Of a stretch of 64,000 nt of DNA, positions 17,699 through 28,878 are shown in pieces. The stretch is from Candidatus Thalassarchaeum betae. Its GTDB lineage: Archaea; Thermoplasmatota; Poseidoniia; Poseidoniales; Thalassarchaeaceae. A program made the position numbers and the translations under genes. The DNA lies in the NCBI GenBank assembly GCA_003193925.1, contig PSPG01000001.1, positions 1 to 64,000 on the forward strand. The letters are read 5' to 3'. How positions within the stretch are numbered: the first letter of the stretch is position 1; each line of letters opens with the position of its first letter. The notes below the pieces were generated by a model. That model was not told the DNA's origin and ran no database searches. It saw only the letters and a list, made by a program, of their open reading frames with translations.

Positions 17699-20680
17699 AT
17701 GGCTAAGCGAATGAAGAATGGCGCAGCCAAGGACGGATGGATAGAGGTCCGAGGCGCCCGCACCCACAATCTGCAGAACATCGACGTGAGCATTCCACGC
17801 GGCAAGTTCGTCGTTCTCTCCGGGGTGTCGGGCTCAGGCAAGTCCAGTCTCGCCTTCGACACGCTGTACGCCGAGGGGCAGCGCCGCTACGTCGAGAGCC
17901 TGAGCTCCTACGCGAGGCAGTTCCTTGGCCAGATGAAGAAGCCAGACTGCGACAGCATCGAGGGCCTGTCACCTGCAATCAGCATCGACCAGAAGCAGGG
18001 CAGCCACAACCCACGCTCCACCGTCGCCACGGTCACCGAGATCATGGATTACCTCCGCCTCCTCTGGGCTAGGGTCGGCTTGCCTCACTGCCCACAGTGC
18101 GAGAAGGAGGTCGCCCGCCGGACTGTTCAGGAGATAGTCGACGACGTGCTGTGGAGGTTCGAGAACCACGCGATTGCAGTCTGGAGTCCGGCTGTGCGCA
18201 ACCGCAAGGGCACCCACGCCGAGCTGTTCCGCGCTTTCGTCGAGCAGGGCTACCTCGAGGGCAGGGTGAACGGGCGCGTCGGGAATTTCGAGGAGCCGCC
18301 CGAACTCGAGAAGAACCTCCGTCATGATATAGATGTGAGGATCGACAGGATGCGCCTAGACCGCTCCAATCGCCAGCGCCTGACCGAGGCGGTCGACGCC
18401 GGTCTGCGACTTGGGGCCGGGGCAGTCGCAGTGGAGTGCCTCAAGGCGCCCAAACCGCGAAAGTCCGATAATTCCGAAGAGCAGAGGTTCCAGACAAAGC
18501 AGGGAGAGAGCATAGCGTACTCGGAGGAGTTCGCATGCCCTGAGCACGGCGCTTTCCTACCTGAGATGAGCCCGCGGGTGTTCTCTTTCAACAACCCGTT
18601 GGGGGCTTGCCCCTCGTGTCAGGGCCTGGGCGTCCAGAGGAACTTCTCACCCGACCTCGTGATAGATCGCACGGCTACTGTCGGGGAGGGCTGCATCAGG
18701 CCCTTCCGCCGCTCGATGATGTCAGGCTGGTACCGCACTCAGATGACGCAGACCTGCGAGCACTACGACATTCCCTCGGACATCCCCTTCGGGGAGATGG
18801 ACGACGACGCTCAGGACATTCTCCTGAATGGCACTGGTAGCACTGCGATTAACTTCGAGTTCGTCTCCGGGGCCGGTTCGTCCTACAGGATGGTCAGACC
18901 GTGGGAGGGCGTCTTTGCTCGGTTGCGGAGGACATACACCGACACGAGTTCCGTCCGGACCCGCTCTCGCCTCACTTCTTACATGACCGACGAGCCCTGC
19001 CCGGGATGCAACGGCCAGAAGCTCAACGGGGCGGTCAGCAGGGTCATAGTCGGGGGGATATCGCTGCCTGACATCTCCTTCTGTAGCGTCCTCGAGGCGC
19101 TGGCCGTGGTTCAACGCTGGCGCCTCGGTGGTCTGGACGACACATGGGTCAAGTTGGACCGCGACGAGCCTGACACGGAGACGGTCAGCCGGAGCGAGCA
19201 GCTCGACGAACGCTCACTGTTCATCGCTCACGAGATAATCAAGGAGATCGAGTCGCGCCTCCGCTTCCTCTCACTCGTCGGCCTCGACTACCTCACTCTC
19301 GACCGCCGCGCAAACTCCCTCTCTAGCGGCGAGTCGCAGAGGATCCGCCTCGCCACCCAGATAGGCACCCGGCTCACCGGTGTCATGTACGTCCTCGACG
19401 AGCCGAGTATCGGCCTCCACCCGAGGGACAATGGCCGCCTGCTTGAGACACTCAGGGAACTCACTTCCCTCGGCAACACCCTGCTGGTCGTCGAGCATGA
19501 CGAGGCGACGCTGAGACAGGCCGACTGGCTGATCGACTTGGGGCCGGGCGCCGGCAAGGAGGGCGGCCGCGTCGTCGTCAGCGGTGAGTTGGACGAACTC
19601 TTATCGAGCAAGGAGAGCGTGACTGGTGCATATCTGTCAGGCAGGGAGAGCATACCATTGCCAGAGGACAGGGCGATCCCGGAAGACGACCGCTGGCTGG
19701 TCGTCAGGGGCGCGCGCCAGAACAACCTGCAGGATATCGACGTGCGGATCCCCCTCGGCTGCATGGTGGCCGTGACCGGAGTCTCGGGCTCCGGCAAGTC
19801 ATCCCTCGTGTCCTCGACTTTAGCTCCCTCACTGCTCCGCGAGCTTCATGGAGCGGACACGACCCCCGGGCGCTGCGACAGAATCGAGGGCATCGAGCAT
19901 ATCGACAAGACCATCGCAATCGACCAATCTCCGATTGGTCGCACTCCCCGTTCCAACCCCGCGACCTACACCGGCGCCTTCTCACCGATACGCGACCTGT
20001 TCGCCAAGACCAACCTCTCTAAGGAGCGCGGCTACCAGCCAGGGCAGTTCTCGTTCAATGTCAGAGGGGGCAGGTGCGAGGCGTGCAAGGGAGCTGGCTC
20101 GACCAAACTTGAGATGAACTTCCTAGCTGACGTCTGGGTGGTCTGCGATGTCTGTAAGGGCAAGCGCTACACCCGCGAGACCCTCGAGGTCTTGTGGCGT
20201 GGCAAGAACATACACGACGTCCTCGAGATGAATGTCGAGGAGGCTTGCGAGTTCTTCGCCAACCAACGCTCGATCTTCCGAATCCTCTCGACAATCAGAG
20301 ACGTCGGCTTGGGGTATATCCACCTCGGCCAGCCGGCCACCACGCTCTCCGGTGGCGAGGCACAGCGCGTCAAGCTCGCCACCGAACTCCATCGTCCGGC
20401 CAAGAAGCACACCGTCTACATCCTCGACGAGCCCACCACAGGCCTCGCTCTGGCTGACATCCACCAGCTGATCGAGGTGCTGCTCCGCCTCAGGCGCAAC
20501 GGCCACACTGTCATCGTCATCGAGCACCACCTCGATGTGATCAAGTGTGCGGATTGGGTTATCGACCTAGGCCCTGAGGGAGGCGAGCGAGGCGGATTGC
20601 TCGTCGCCGAGGGACCTCCCGACGAGATAGCCAAGAACCCCGACAGCTACACAGGCCAGCACTTGATTGGCTATGTGTGA
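17699..20680 (+). CDS. uvrA: Excinuclease ABC subunit A
   Basis: Two GVSGSGKS Walker A motifs, [13 protein letters not shown], zinc fingers, [13 protein letters not shown]. Confidence 0.98.
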   Translation: MAKRMKNGAAKDGWIEVRGARTHNLQNIDVSIPRGKFVVLSGVSGSGKSSLAFDTLYAEGQRRYVESLSSYARQFLGQMKKPDCDSIEGLSPAISIDQKQGSHNPRSTVATVTEIMDYLRLLWARVGLPHCPQCEKEVARRTVQEIVDDVLWRFENHAIAVWSPAVRNRKGTHAELFRAFVEQGYLEGRVNGRVGNFEEPPELEKNLRHDIDVRIDRMRLDRSNRQRLTEAVDAGLRLGAGAVAVECLKAPKPRKSDNSEEQRFQTKQGESIAYSEEFACPEHGAFLPEMSPRVFSFNNPLGACPSCQGLGVQRNFSPDLVIDRTATVGEGCIRPFRRSMMSGWYRTQMTQTCEHYDIPSDIPFGEMDDDAQDILLNGTGSTAINFEFVSGAGSSYRMVRPWEGVFARLRRTYTDTSSVRTRSRLTSYMTDEPCPGCNGQKLNGAVSRVIVGGISLPDISFCSVLEALAVVQRWRLGGLDDTWVKLDRDEPDTETVSRSEQLDERSLFIAHEIIKEIESRLRFLSLVGLDYLTLDRRANSLSSGESQRIRLATQIGTRLTGVMYVLDEPSIGLHPRDNGRLLETLRELTSLGNTLLVVEHDEATLRQADWLIDLGPGAGKEGGRVVVSGELDELLSSKESVTGAYLSGRESIPLPEDRAIPEDDRWLVVRGARQNNLQDIDVRIPLGCMVAVTGVSGSGKSSLVSSTLAPSLLRELHGADTTPGRCDRIEGIEHIDKTIAIDQSPIGRTPRSNPATYTGAFSPIRDLFAKTNLSKERGYQPGQFSFNVRGGRCEACKGAGSTKLEMNFLADVWVVCDVCKGKRYTRETLEVLWRGKNIHDVLEMNVEEACEFFANQRSIFRILSTIRDVGLGYIHLGQPATTLSGGEAQRVKLATELHRPAKKHTVYILDEPTTGLALADIHQLIEVLLRLRRNGHTVIVIEHHLDVIKCADWVIDLGPEGGERGGLLVAEGPPDEIAKNPDSYTGQHLIGYV

Positions 20681-20730
20681 GTCCGGCGCCGGGCCAAGCC
20701 TTGAGAAGGCAGGCCACCTGAGGGCGGCCG

Positions 20731-21489
20731 ATGTACCGCTCAGGCAACCCCGCGCTGTCCGATTCCACCTTCGAGAAGAGTGCCTACAAAGAGGCCAACT
20801 GGTGGGATGAGGACTCCAACCTGATGTCAATTGAAGGGGTCTCTGAGAAGACCGGAATCCTCCTCCTCATCACGGCAACCACTGCTATAGCGACAGCGAT
20901 GCGGATGCCGGAGGCGGGAGCTCTGATTTTACTAGGGGTGATTGGAGGTTTCATCATCGCGATGATGATAATCTTCTCCGGTTCTATGAATCCGATGCTG
21001 ATCTGCACTTACGCTGCCTTCGAAGGACTCGCTTTGGGTGGGATCACATGGATCTTCGAGGTGTATTTGGAGATGCCAGGTATCGGTATTCTCGCCGCCC
21101 TCCTGACCTTCCTCATCCTTGGGGTGATGATAGCGATATACAGGGCGGGATTGATTCAGTGGGACAGGAACACGGCCATCGCGGTCACCTCCGCCCTTGG
21201 GGCTATTGTCCTGATTTACCTCATTTCCATCGTCGGTGGTTTCCTCGGTTTCGAGATTCCGTACATCCACGGCTCAGGCCCGATTGGAATCGCATTCTCG
21301 CTCTTCGTTGTTGGGATTGGCGCGCTGTGCCTCGTCGCGGACTTCGACTTCATCGAGAAGGGGGTTGAGAGGGGTGCGCCCAAGCAGCTTGAGTGGCGCG
21401 CCGCTTTCGGGCTCATGGTCACGCTGATCTGGCTCTATCTGGAAATCCTCAAACTCCTAGCGAAGATAGCCGCCCGCACGAGGCGTTAG
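20731..21489 (+). CDS. Bax inhibitor-1/YccA-like membrane protein
   Basis: RSGNPAL start, DFDFIEKGV..GAPK..EWRAAFGLMVTLIWLYLEIL. Confidence 0.88.
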   Translation: MYRSGNPALSDSTFEKSAYKEANWWDEDSNLMSIEGVSEKTGILLLITATTAIATAMRMPEAGALILLGVIGGFIIAMMIIFSGSMNPMLICTYAAFEGLALGGITWIFEVYLEMPGIGILAALLTFLILGVMIAIYRAGLIQWDRNTAIAVTSALGAIVLIYLISIVGGFLGFEIPYIHGSGPIGIAFSLFVVGIGALCLVADFDFIEKGVERGAPKQLEWRAAFGLMVTLIWLYLEILKLLAKIAARTRR

Positions 21490-21492
21490 GCA

Positions 21493-22131
21493 ATGGATAC
21501 TGACCTGATTGCTAGCCTCGCGGCCGTCGGTGTCGCGCTCGGAATAGTAGAAGGGATCAAACCCGGCCCGCTTCTGACGATGGTGATCCGAGAGTCTCTG
21601 ACTAAGGGTCTGAAGGCCGGTATGTGGACGGCCGCGGCTCCGATTTTCACTGACGGCCCGATGATCATCGCGACCCTTCTCGTGGCGGGGTGGATGGCAA
21701 CTCAGCCGATGGTGCTGCTCATCATCTCCCTGCTCGGCGCCGTCTTCCTCACGAAAATGGGTGTGGACTGCTTCGGGCTCGAGCCTCCTTCTGCCGAACT
21801 CGGGGACGACGACGCGTCTGGTTCTTTCAAACGCGGCATTCTGACGAATCTGCTGAATCCGAATGTGTACATGTTCTGGGTCCTCATCGGCGGCCCCCTG
21901 ATGGCTTCAGCAGCAGAGGAGGAGCCATTCGCACCGATCACATTCGCCCTGTGCTTCCTCATCTCCATCATCCTTGTGAAATCCGCGATAGCCTGGCTCT
22001 TCGTGGGGGCCGGGGATCGGTTGTCAACACGGGGCTACCGCATCGCCCTGTCGATCTGCGGCCTCGCCATGCTCGCTTTCGCAGCGGGCTTCGCCTACCA
22101 AGCGTACGGACTCTATCTGGAAGTCTTCTGA
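21493..22131 (+). CDS. LysE-family translocator
   Basis: PGP motif, GILTNLLNP, about 6 TM helices. Confidence 0.85.
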   Translation: MDTDLIASLAAVGVALGIVEGIKPGPLLTMVIRESLTKGLKAGMWTAAAPIFTDGPMIIATLLVAGWMATQPMVLLIISLLGAVFLTKMGVDCFGLEPPSAELGDDDASGSFKRGILTNLLNPNVYMFWVLIGGPLMASAAEEEPFAPITFALCFLISIILVKSAIAWLFVGAGDRLSTRGYRIALSICGLAMLAFAAGFAYQAYGLYLEVF

Positions 22132-23586
22132 CTAGAGGGTGCCCGGACCACCCACTGGAAGTTCTTCCAAGGTCCCGTTGCCGCGCAGTGAGGGGCCTAT
22201 CGTCATCGTCCCGAAGATTCCTATCTCCCCCCCGATGTTGTGCGCCAGACCGAACCAGGGCCTGCCATACTGGTCGATCACGATGTCGTTGAAGTCACCG
22301 AAGCCGCCACACCGGTTGAAGCCGCAATCCGCGGTTGTGTCGAGCGGGTCACCCCAGGCGTTCACCTGCACCGTGGTCATCAGGGGCATCTCGCTGAAGG
22401 CATCGGTGATCACGGTGAGGTATCCGTTCCAGATGTCCCCCCCAGAGTCACCCAGATAACCGAAGGCTACCTTCCCGACGCCACCAGCTGCCAGAACCGG
22501 GAATCCAGTGCCGTTGAGACCGATTGGAGGGGCGATCATCAGAGGCTCGCTCCAAGTCTCACCCTCATCCTGTGAGTAGGAGTAGTAGGGCATGTTGTCG
22601 AAACCCATCCACATCGCGTGTACGTTGTCCTCGGAGTCGGCAGCCACCTGTGCCTCCTCGAAGTTCCAGGTCTCCGCCGTCCCGGTGGTCTCGGTAGGCA
22701 GCGGGTGCTCGGTCCAAGTGATGCCACCGTTCGTACTTCGGTAGATGGAGTAGCCCTCTCCGCCGTCGCAGCCTCTGTTGCCTCGGTAGAAGTTCCCGTT
22801 CTCCGAGCCCACCATGTGTCCTGTCAGCCCGCCACTATTGCATCCATTGGGTGCACCGGGCAATTCAGGCCCCCAACTCAGCCCGCCGTCATTGCTGGTC
22901 GCACACACTGGGTATGGGTAGTTCCCATTGACGCAGAACACCCAGGTCGTCGGGTGCAGAAGCGCGGGATACGGGGAGGAGGCGATCGTCTGGTGGTCCT
23001 GGACCGACCATCCTGTCGCTACCGAGGGCCCGGTCCAGCTCTCGCCTTCGTTGTCCGACCACTCGACGGTCATCCCCAACAAGGCGTGCATGTCGAACTT
23101 CATCACCCGATCCGTCCACAGGTCGACATAGAGGTACGGGTCGTTGCTGTTAGCTACGGGTAGGAAGACGTTGTAGACGTCCTCACACACGTATTCGCTG
23201 ACGTTGTTCATACCGATCATGCCAGAGCAGCGAACTATGGCGGTCGCGCCGTTGTCCCCATTGCCCCAACTGGTCATGTAGAGGTTGTCTGCAGTCGTGG
23301 CGCCCACCGTAGGCTCGAAAGTCGTCATGCCGATGCCGTAGTAGGTGCCGAAGGCGCAGGCAGGGATATTGTCACCGACCAGCACCGAAGTGCCGTTGAA
23401 CACGTCCGATACCTTCGTTGCGTCGGTGGCGTTCGAGTAGTGGTACCAGGTGTTGTTTGCTATGCCGTCGAGACAGAGGAGCTCAAACACGTTCTCTTCG
23501 AACTCCTCGATTTCTTCCTCGCCGAAGCAGCCGCTCAGCGGCGCCGAGAACATCATCAGGACGAGGAGCCAAACCACTGCGCGCAC
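22132..23586 (-). CDS. Lipoprotein with Asp-box (BNR) beta-propeller, sialidase-like fold
   Basis: Signal peptide with LSGC lipobox; SDNEGESW, SNDGGLSW, STNGGITW, SQDEGETW. Confidence 0.8.
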   Translation of the reverse strand: MRAVVWLLVLMMFSAPLSGCFGEEEIEEFEENVFELLCLDGIANNTWYHYSNATDATKVSDVFNGTSVLVGDNIPACAFGTYYGIGMTTFEPTVGATTADNLYMTSWGNGDNGATAIVRCSGMIGMNNVSEYVCEDVYNVFLPVANSNDPYLYVDLWTDRVMKFDMHALLGMTVEWSDNEGESWTGPSVATGWSVQDHQTIASSPYPALLHPTTWVFCVNGNYPYPVCATSNDGGLSWGPELPGAPNGCNSGGLTGHMVGSENGNFYRGNRGCDGGEGYSIYRSTNGGITWTEHPLPTETTGTAETWNFEEAQVAADSEDNVHAMWMGFDNMPYYSYSQDEGETWSEPLMIAPPIGLNGTGFPVLAAGGVGKVAFGYLGDSGGDIWNGYLTVITDAFSEMPLMTTVQVNAWGDPLDTTADCGFNRCGGFGDFNDIVIDQYGRPWFGLAHNIGGEIGIFGTMTIGPSLRGNGTLEELPVGGPGTL

Positions 23587-23630
23587 GATGCGCGGTCATG
23601 CCTCGCATACATCAGATGAACGGCGACCTG

Positions 23631-25142
23631 TCATCCCATCTTGAGGGTTGAATTGCCCCCGACGGGCAACACGGGCAGGTAAGTCAACTCCCCGTACAGT
23701 GTCGGACCCTCCATCAGAGTCCCGATGACAGCCTCCTCAAAGCCCCGCGCGTTATGCGCCAGCGCGATCCACGGACGACCCTCATCGTCAATCTCGACAT
23801 CGATGAAATCACCGAAGCCGCCGCAGCGCACGTTGCCACAATCAGAGGTGATGTCCAACGGGTCGCCCGGGTGGTTGACCGCCACGCTAGTGATCAGCGG
23901 GCGCTCGGCGAAGGCATCGGTAATGATAGCCATGTAGCCCGACCAGCCACTTACCGAGGCATTGCTCTCGATGTCGTTCACCTCGCCGATGTAACCGAGG
24001 ACAACACGGCCCTCGGCGCCCGCGAATATGGTCGGGAAACCGGTTTCGTTGACACCTGGGGCTGCGATCATCATCGGCTCGCTCCAAGTGTCCCCCTGGT
24101 CCCTCGAGTACGCGTACCAGGGCATCATGCCGTCGCCGATCCACGTCGCGTGGACGTTGCCGCCGTCGTCCACGGCCGTAGCGACCTCGTGAGAGTGCCA
24201 GCCCTGCTGCATCCCGACCTCGGTCGTGATGGTGTGCTCGGTCCACGTGTAGCCGCCGTCGAGCGAGCGGTATACGGCGGGGCCTTCGCAAGAGGGGTTG
24301 CCCCTGTAGACCGACCCATCAATCCCTCCCACGACCTGCCCATGGAGACCCGAGCACTGGGGGAAGTGCTCACTCGGGTAGCCGATTCTCTGAGCATCCC
24401 ACGTGTGCCCGCCGGTGAGCGAGCGTGAGCATTGAGCCCCAGCAGCAGGGGAGCCCGTATTGATGCAGTAGATGTAAACCACCTCTCCTACAATGGCATT
24501 GGGGTGCGGCATCGAAGCGATGCTCTGGTGGTCTTGGGTCACATAGTAGCCTTCGACCGGGTACGGGATGCTCCACGAGTCACCGTCGTCGTCCGAATAC
24601 TCCACGAACATCGCCGCGAGCGCATGCATGTCGAACTTGACCAGCCTGTCGGTGAACTTGTCGATGTAGATGTAGGGGTCGTTCGAGTTGGGCGTCTGCC
24701 CGGAATCCTCGTCAATGGAGCCAAACGGCCCGACGTCCTCCCATGTCTGCCCCTGATCGCGGGAGCGGATGATGTGCGTGCCGTCGCCCAGCCCGTTCCA
24801 GCTGGTGAAGAATATCGCACCCGACGAGGTGACCCCGATGGTCGGCTCGAAGGTGTCGTAGCCGGTGCCGTAGTAGGTGGCGTTGGCGAAGTAAGGCGTG
24901 CTGTTCCCCGTGAGATTGGCCGTGATGTTGGCCGCGGAGACCCCCGTGGCATTGGTGGCGTCGACCGCCCACGGCTCAGCGACTGTCCCGGGGTAGTGGT
25001 ACCAGGTGGTGATTGGGACTTGCTGGTCGAACTCGAATGGACCCTTCTCCTCTTCTGCGACCTCATCGTCCTTCCACCACATGCACCCCGTCATCGCGGA
25101 GCTGAGCAGCAGCATGACGAGCAGATGTGCGAGTCTTGTCAC
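23631..25142 (-). CDS. Lipoprotein with Asp-box (BNR) beta-propeller, paralogue of 22132..23586
   Basis: MTGC lipobox-like motif; SRDQGQTW, SDDDGDSW, SLDGGYTW, SRDQGDTW; shared blocks FEPT, NSNDPY, KFDMHAL, QDHQ, RCGGFGDF. Confidence 0.8.
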   Translation of the reverse strand: MTRLAHLLVMLLLSSAMTGCMWWKDDEVAEEEKGPFEFDQQVPITTWYHYPGTVAEPWAVDATNATGVSAANITANLTGNSTPYFANATYYGTGYDTFEPTIGVTSSGAIFFTSWNGLGDGTHIIRSRDQGQTWEDVGPFGSIDEDSGQTPNSNDPYIYIDKFTDRLVKFDMHALAAMFVEYSDDDGDSWSIPYPVEGYYVTQDHQSIASMPHPNAIVGEVVYIYCINTGSPAAGAQCSRSLTGGHTWDAQRIGYPSEHFPQCSGLHGQVVGGIDGSVYRGNPSCEGPAVYRSLDGGYTWTEHTITTEVGMQQGWHSHEVATAVDDGGNVHATWIGDGMMPWYAYSRDQGDTWSEPMMIAAPGVNETGFPTIFAGAEGRVVLGYIGEVNDIESNASVSGWSGYMAIITDAFAERPLITSVAVNHPGDPLDITSDCGNVRCGGFGDFIDVEIDDEGRPWIALAHNARGFEEAVIGTLMEGPTLYGELTYLPVLPVGGNSTLKMG

Positions 25143-25227
25143 GACTCTCCGTGAGTAATCTCGTTGAAAACCAATCCTGTGCCCAGTTCCTCGGTCCCAC
25201 TAGGGGTAATGGAGCGGGATTATTCCG

Positions 25228-26298
25228 TCAAGCCCAACCATTCTCGAAAATGACGGGTACCGAATCGAGCAGCGCCTCCTGCGGCGCCTTCCACGACATT
25301 CCGAGGTCCCTCTCGGCCGGGCTGGCATCCCAATACAGACGGCGCCTTAGGTGCTGGCGCGCCCAGGCCAGGCTCAGCTTGGGGTGGAAGATTGAGACCA
25401 CCAGAGCGGCCGGGTAGGGCAGGGTTAAGGTCGGCCACTTGCGCTCGGGATAGGCCTGTTTGAGAGTCAGCGAGACGTCCTTCCACCGCATGTCGCCGCT
25501 GACGACGAGGTAGCGTCCTGCGTCCTCGCCTCGTGTCAGGGCCCGGACGTGCGCTTCGGCCACATCCCTCACATCGACGATGTTGATCTGCATCGGCAGG
25601 ACCACCGGCAGTTCCCTGCGGATCAGCGCCATCACTAAGGCCAGCGAGCCGCGCAGGTGCCGCCGGCTCATGGGCGGGCCGAACACAACGCAGGGATGGA
25701 TGGTGACCATACGCGGTCGGGTTTCCGGGTCGGCCGCCGAATGCCAGTTCCTCACGACCCGTTCTCCCTCGACCTTGGCAAGCCCGTACGGGTTGCCGTC
25801 CAGGGTCGCGTCATCAGCCCAACTCTCGCTCGTCAGCGTCTCTCCATCGCGCCACTTCATCGGACTGATGGCCGCTGTCGAGGAGGTGTGGACGAATCTT
25901 CGGACAGTTCCGGATGCATCGATTGCGGCAACCACGTTGCGTGTTCCGATCACACTGGGATCGACGATCTGCCTCTGCGGGTCCTTGGCGCTGATCCTCA
26001 CCGCGGCTGCGGTGTGTATCAGATCCGTGCAGCCGGCGATGGCAGCGTTTACCGAGGCCGGCTCGAAGAGGTCCATCTCGACGATCTCCAGACCGCCGCC
26101 TTCGGCCACGGGTAGGGCTCGGAGATGATCTGTCCGCTCTGGGTCGGAGCCATCCCTCACGGTCGCTCTGACCCTGCGCCCGCGAGCAAGCAGGTTTGCC
26201 ACGACGTGGCTTCCGATGAAGCCGCTCGCGCCTGTGACCGTCACCACTCCCTCAGACACGGCCTCCGCAGGGGGCGCAGGGATTGAGAGTTTCCGCAT
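25228..26298 (-). CDS. Extended SDR, dihydroflavonol-reductase/cinnamoyl-CoA-reductase-like
   Basis: TGASGFIG, VHTSSTAA, YGLAK (YxxxK), VDVRDVAEAH. Confidence 0.88.
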   Translation of the reverse strand: MRKLSIPAPPAEAVSEGVVTVTGASGFIGSHVVANLLARGRRVRATVRDGSDPERTDHLRALPVAEGGGLEIVEMDLFEPASVNAAIAGCTDLIHTAAAVRISAKDPQRQIVDPSVIGTRNVVAAIDASGTVRRFVHTSSTAAISPMKWRDGETLTSESWADDATLDGNPYGLAKVEGERVVRNWHSAADPETRPRMVTIHPCVVFGPPMSRRHLRGSLALVMALIRRELPVVLPMQINIVDVRDVAEAHVRALTRGEDAGRYLVVSGDMRWKDVSLTLKQAYPERKWPTLTLPYPAALVVSIFHPKLSLAWARQHLRRRLYWDASPAERDLGMSWKAPQEALLDSVPVIFENGWA

Positions 26299-27084
26299 CT
26301 AGTGGGCGAGTTCGTCGACGGAACTCACGACCAGGGACGGACTCTGTGGAGCCTGCTCCAAGTCCCCTGCTGCAGCCTCACCGCTGAGCACCAGAATACC
26401 GTGAACCCCAGCCCTCTCGGCCATCTCCATGTCGGTGTAGAGCCGATCGCCTATCATGGCGCACTGCTCAGGACGCAGGCCGAGGCCCTCGACCTTGTGG
26501 AGAATCATCCCGGCGTTCGGCTTGCCGCAGACATGCACGGGTCGCACACCGGTGGCAGCTTCGAAGAGATCCATGTACGCACCACTGTCAGGTAGCCCTC
26601 CGTCGGGCGAGGGGCAGACCGTGTCTGGGTGGCTGGCAACCATCAGCACGCCGTTGTGCAGGTGGATGGTGGCCTTGGCGAGTTTCTCGTAGGTGATTTC
26701 GGTGTCATAACCAAGAACGACGTACTGAGGAGCATCCGAATTCGTCGTGACTCCAGAATCCTCCAGCATTCCCCGCATGCCTTCGGTCCCCACCAGATAG
26801 GTCTCGGTGACGCCTTCGGAAGACAGCCACGAGAGCAGGTCGTGCGTCGAAAGGAGAACCTCATCAGCCTCGGCGGCGATTCCCAGGCCTCGGAGTTTGG
26901 AGAGGTACTGAGATACCGAACGACTCGAGTTGTTGGAGAGGAAGAACCTGTGTATCCCTCGCGACTCTATCCTCCCTAGGAAGTCCAGCGCGCCGGCGAC
27001 GAGAGTTTCCCCGAGGTAAATGGTGCCGTCGAGGTCGAGGAACACAGCCTCTATGCCATCGAGCGTAGCATCCAGTTCGGCCAT
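26299..27084 (-). CDS. HAD-IIA (NagD-like) phosphatase
   Basis: DLDGTIY, SNNS, GKP, GDRLYTD. Confidence 0.92.
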   Translation of the reverse strand: MAELDATLDGIEAVFLDLDGTIYLGETLVAGALDFLGRIESRGIHRFFLSNNSSRSVSQYLSKLRGLGIAAEADEVLLSTHDLLSWLSSEGVTETYLVGTEGMRGMLEDSGVTTNSDAPQYVVLGYDTEITYEKLAKATIHLHNGVLMVASHPDTVCPSPDGGLPDSGAYMDLFEAATGVRPVHVCGKPNAGMILHKVEGLGLRPEQCAMIGDRLYTDMEMAERAGVHGILVLSGEAAAGDLEQAPQSPSLVVSSVDELAH

Positions 27085-27093
27085 CCAGTCACC

Positions 27094-28500
27094 TCAAGGT
27101 AGCAGCAGGGCCTTGGCGAGAAACCAGGGGCTCCAGAGCACGGTCTGGGTCTCCTTGCTGGCAATCATCTCGGTCATCATATCTCTTATCTCCTGCTTCT
27201 TGGCCGATCTCTTCACGAACCAGTTCATCAGGCGCTTCCACTTGACCAGTTTCTGCAGGTGGTAAGAGTTGGTCAACTCACCACCCAATGAATCCCATAT
27301 TTCAGTCATGTACTCAACAGCTAGATTCTCCGGGAAGCCATTTGAGTGAGCCTCCCGATCGAAGTACTTCGAGGTCATTTTAGCCGTCATCAGCGCGTTG
27401 CCGATTCCCTCCCCACTGAATGGGTCGACGAGGCTCGCCGCATCACCGATGCACATCGCGCCGGCCATAGCTGAACGCCGAGGCTGGTAGGAAGGCGCGT
27501 TCTTACGAGGTGAGCCGAACGGCAGTTGCCATCCCATCCCCGAACCAGGAACGAGGCGCGCGTTAGCGAACCGCCGCTTGAATTGGGGATGATCCTCAGT
27601 CACGAACTTCTGCATCTTCCTGATCGACCTCTGGATTCCCTTCTGCTTACGCTGCTCGGCTATGACCATGCCTATGCCCACGTTTACCACCCCCTCGCTC
27701 ACCGGGAAGAGCCAGAAGTAACCGGGAATCACCCCTTCGACGAAGTGGATCTCAATCGGCCCACTCGTCCCCGAGAAGCCTTCGACGTTCTCCCAGTACT
27801 CGCGGTAGGCGCCACAGTAGTGCTCGTCATCCCTCATAGGCTCGCCGTGCACCCCCTCACACACCATGGTGGCCACTGGGCAGTTGTACCCACCAGCCCC
27901 GACTGTGAGGGGCGCGTCGAACGAGTAGTCCGGGCCTTCCGAGCGCATGCCGCCGAACTTTCCGGTGACGCCGATTATCCTAGCGCCCCCGGCTTCACTT
28001 TCGTGCCTGACCTCTGTGACCGCGAATCCCTGGATTACCGAGCCACCACTCTCCAGCACCAACTCGGTGGCTCGCTTGAACATCATGTAGTCGAACTGAA
28101 TCCTCGGCAGGGCGTAGCCTGCCTGCATCTTCTCGTAGCTCTCCTCCGGTAGCATGACCCGGATCTCCGAGCCGTTGGCGCTGCCGAAGACGATGGAGTC
28201 GACGCGGAAGTGGGGGGTGGCCTCAATCATCTCCTTCACACCCAACTCCTCCACATGGACGAGCGATTTGCCGCCGACCGCGTCGCCGCACGCCTTGTCT
28301 CGCGGCCAGATACCTTTCTCGATGAGCAGGACCCTGCAACCGTTCATCGCGTTGTAGGAGGCGGCTGCCGAGCCTCCTGGCCCCCCTCCTACCACGATGA
28401 CATCGAAGTGAGTGCCGCTTTCCGGGACCTCTCCCGTGTCGATTGGCAGAGTCCACTCCTGCACGGCCTCACCGTACCTTGGCTCAGGGACAACATCCAT
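27094..28500 (-). CDS. Geranylgeranyl reductase family flavoprotein
   Basis: GGGPGG, PRDKACGD, PGYFWLFP, GDAASLVDPFSGEGI. Confidence 0.9.
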   Translation of the reverse strand: MDVVPEPRYGEAVQEWTLPIDTGEVPESGTHFDVIVVGGGPGGSAAASYNAMNGCRVLLIEKGIWPRDKACGDAVGGKSLVHVEELGVKEMIEATPHFRVDSIVFGSANGSEIRVMLPEESYEKMQAGYALPRIQFDYMMFKRATELVLESGGSVIQGFAVTEVRHESEAGGARIIGVTGKFGGMRSEGPDYSFDAPLTVGAGGYNCPVATMVCEGVHGEPMRDDEHYCGAYREYWENVEGFSGTSGPIEIHFVEGVIPGYFWLFPVSEGVVNVGIGMVIAEQRKQKGIQRSIRKMQKFVTEDHPQFKRRFANARLVPGSGMGWQLPFGSPRKNAPSYQPRRSAMAGAMCIGDAASLVDPFSGEGIGNALMTAKMTSKYFDREAHSNGFPENLAVEYMTEIWDSLGGELTNSYHLQKLVKWKRLMNWFVKRSAKKQEIRDMMTEMIASKETQTVLWSPWFLAKALLLP

Positions 28501-28547
28501 TCAAAGTATGCCATTGAGTTGATTCGCCACAACCCCTCCGCAGTACC

Positions 28548-28862
28548 ATGAATCAAGCCGTCTGGGTCGTCCAGACCACCCTTCCTGGGGGTTGGATAGA
28601 AGCGGTCGTGGGCGCTTGGTCAGCATCTCTGGTCGAAAGCGGCCTCGCAGCCTGCGTTCAGAGAGATCGAATTACCTCTGTCTACTCGTGGGAGGGAGCC
28701 ACTGAGAGTTCCGAGGAATGGCGCATTGAGATCAAGTCCAGCGCAGTCAAGAAGGACGCGCTCATCGAGGCGATTCTAGCCGACCACCCGTACGATACCC
28801 CGCAGATAGTGGCTTGGGAGGCCAGCAGCACATCCGAGTACTCCGATTGGGTTCAAGGCTGA
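28548..28862 (+). CDS. cutA: Divalent-cation tolerance protein CutA
   Basis: LAACVQ, SVYSWEG, HPYDTPQI, YSDWV. Confidence 0.9.
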   Translation: MNQAVWVVQTTLPGGWIEAVVGAWSASLVESGLAACVQRDRITSVYSWEGATESSEEWRIEIKSSAVKKDALIEAILADHPYDTPQIVAWEASSTSEYSDWVQG

Positions 28863-28878
28863 AGCCTCATCGTGGGCT

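Noticed and set aside
17699-20680. Bacterial-type uvrA, icd and RhlE-like helicase as contamination or chimeric assembly
   Set aside because: They are tightly interleaved with archaeal genes, and such genes are common in mesophilic euryarchaea.
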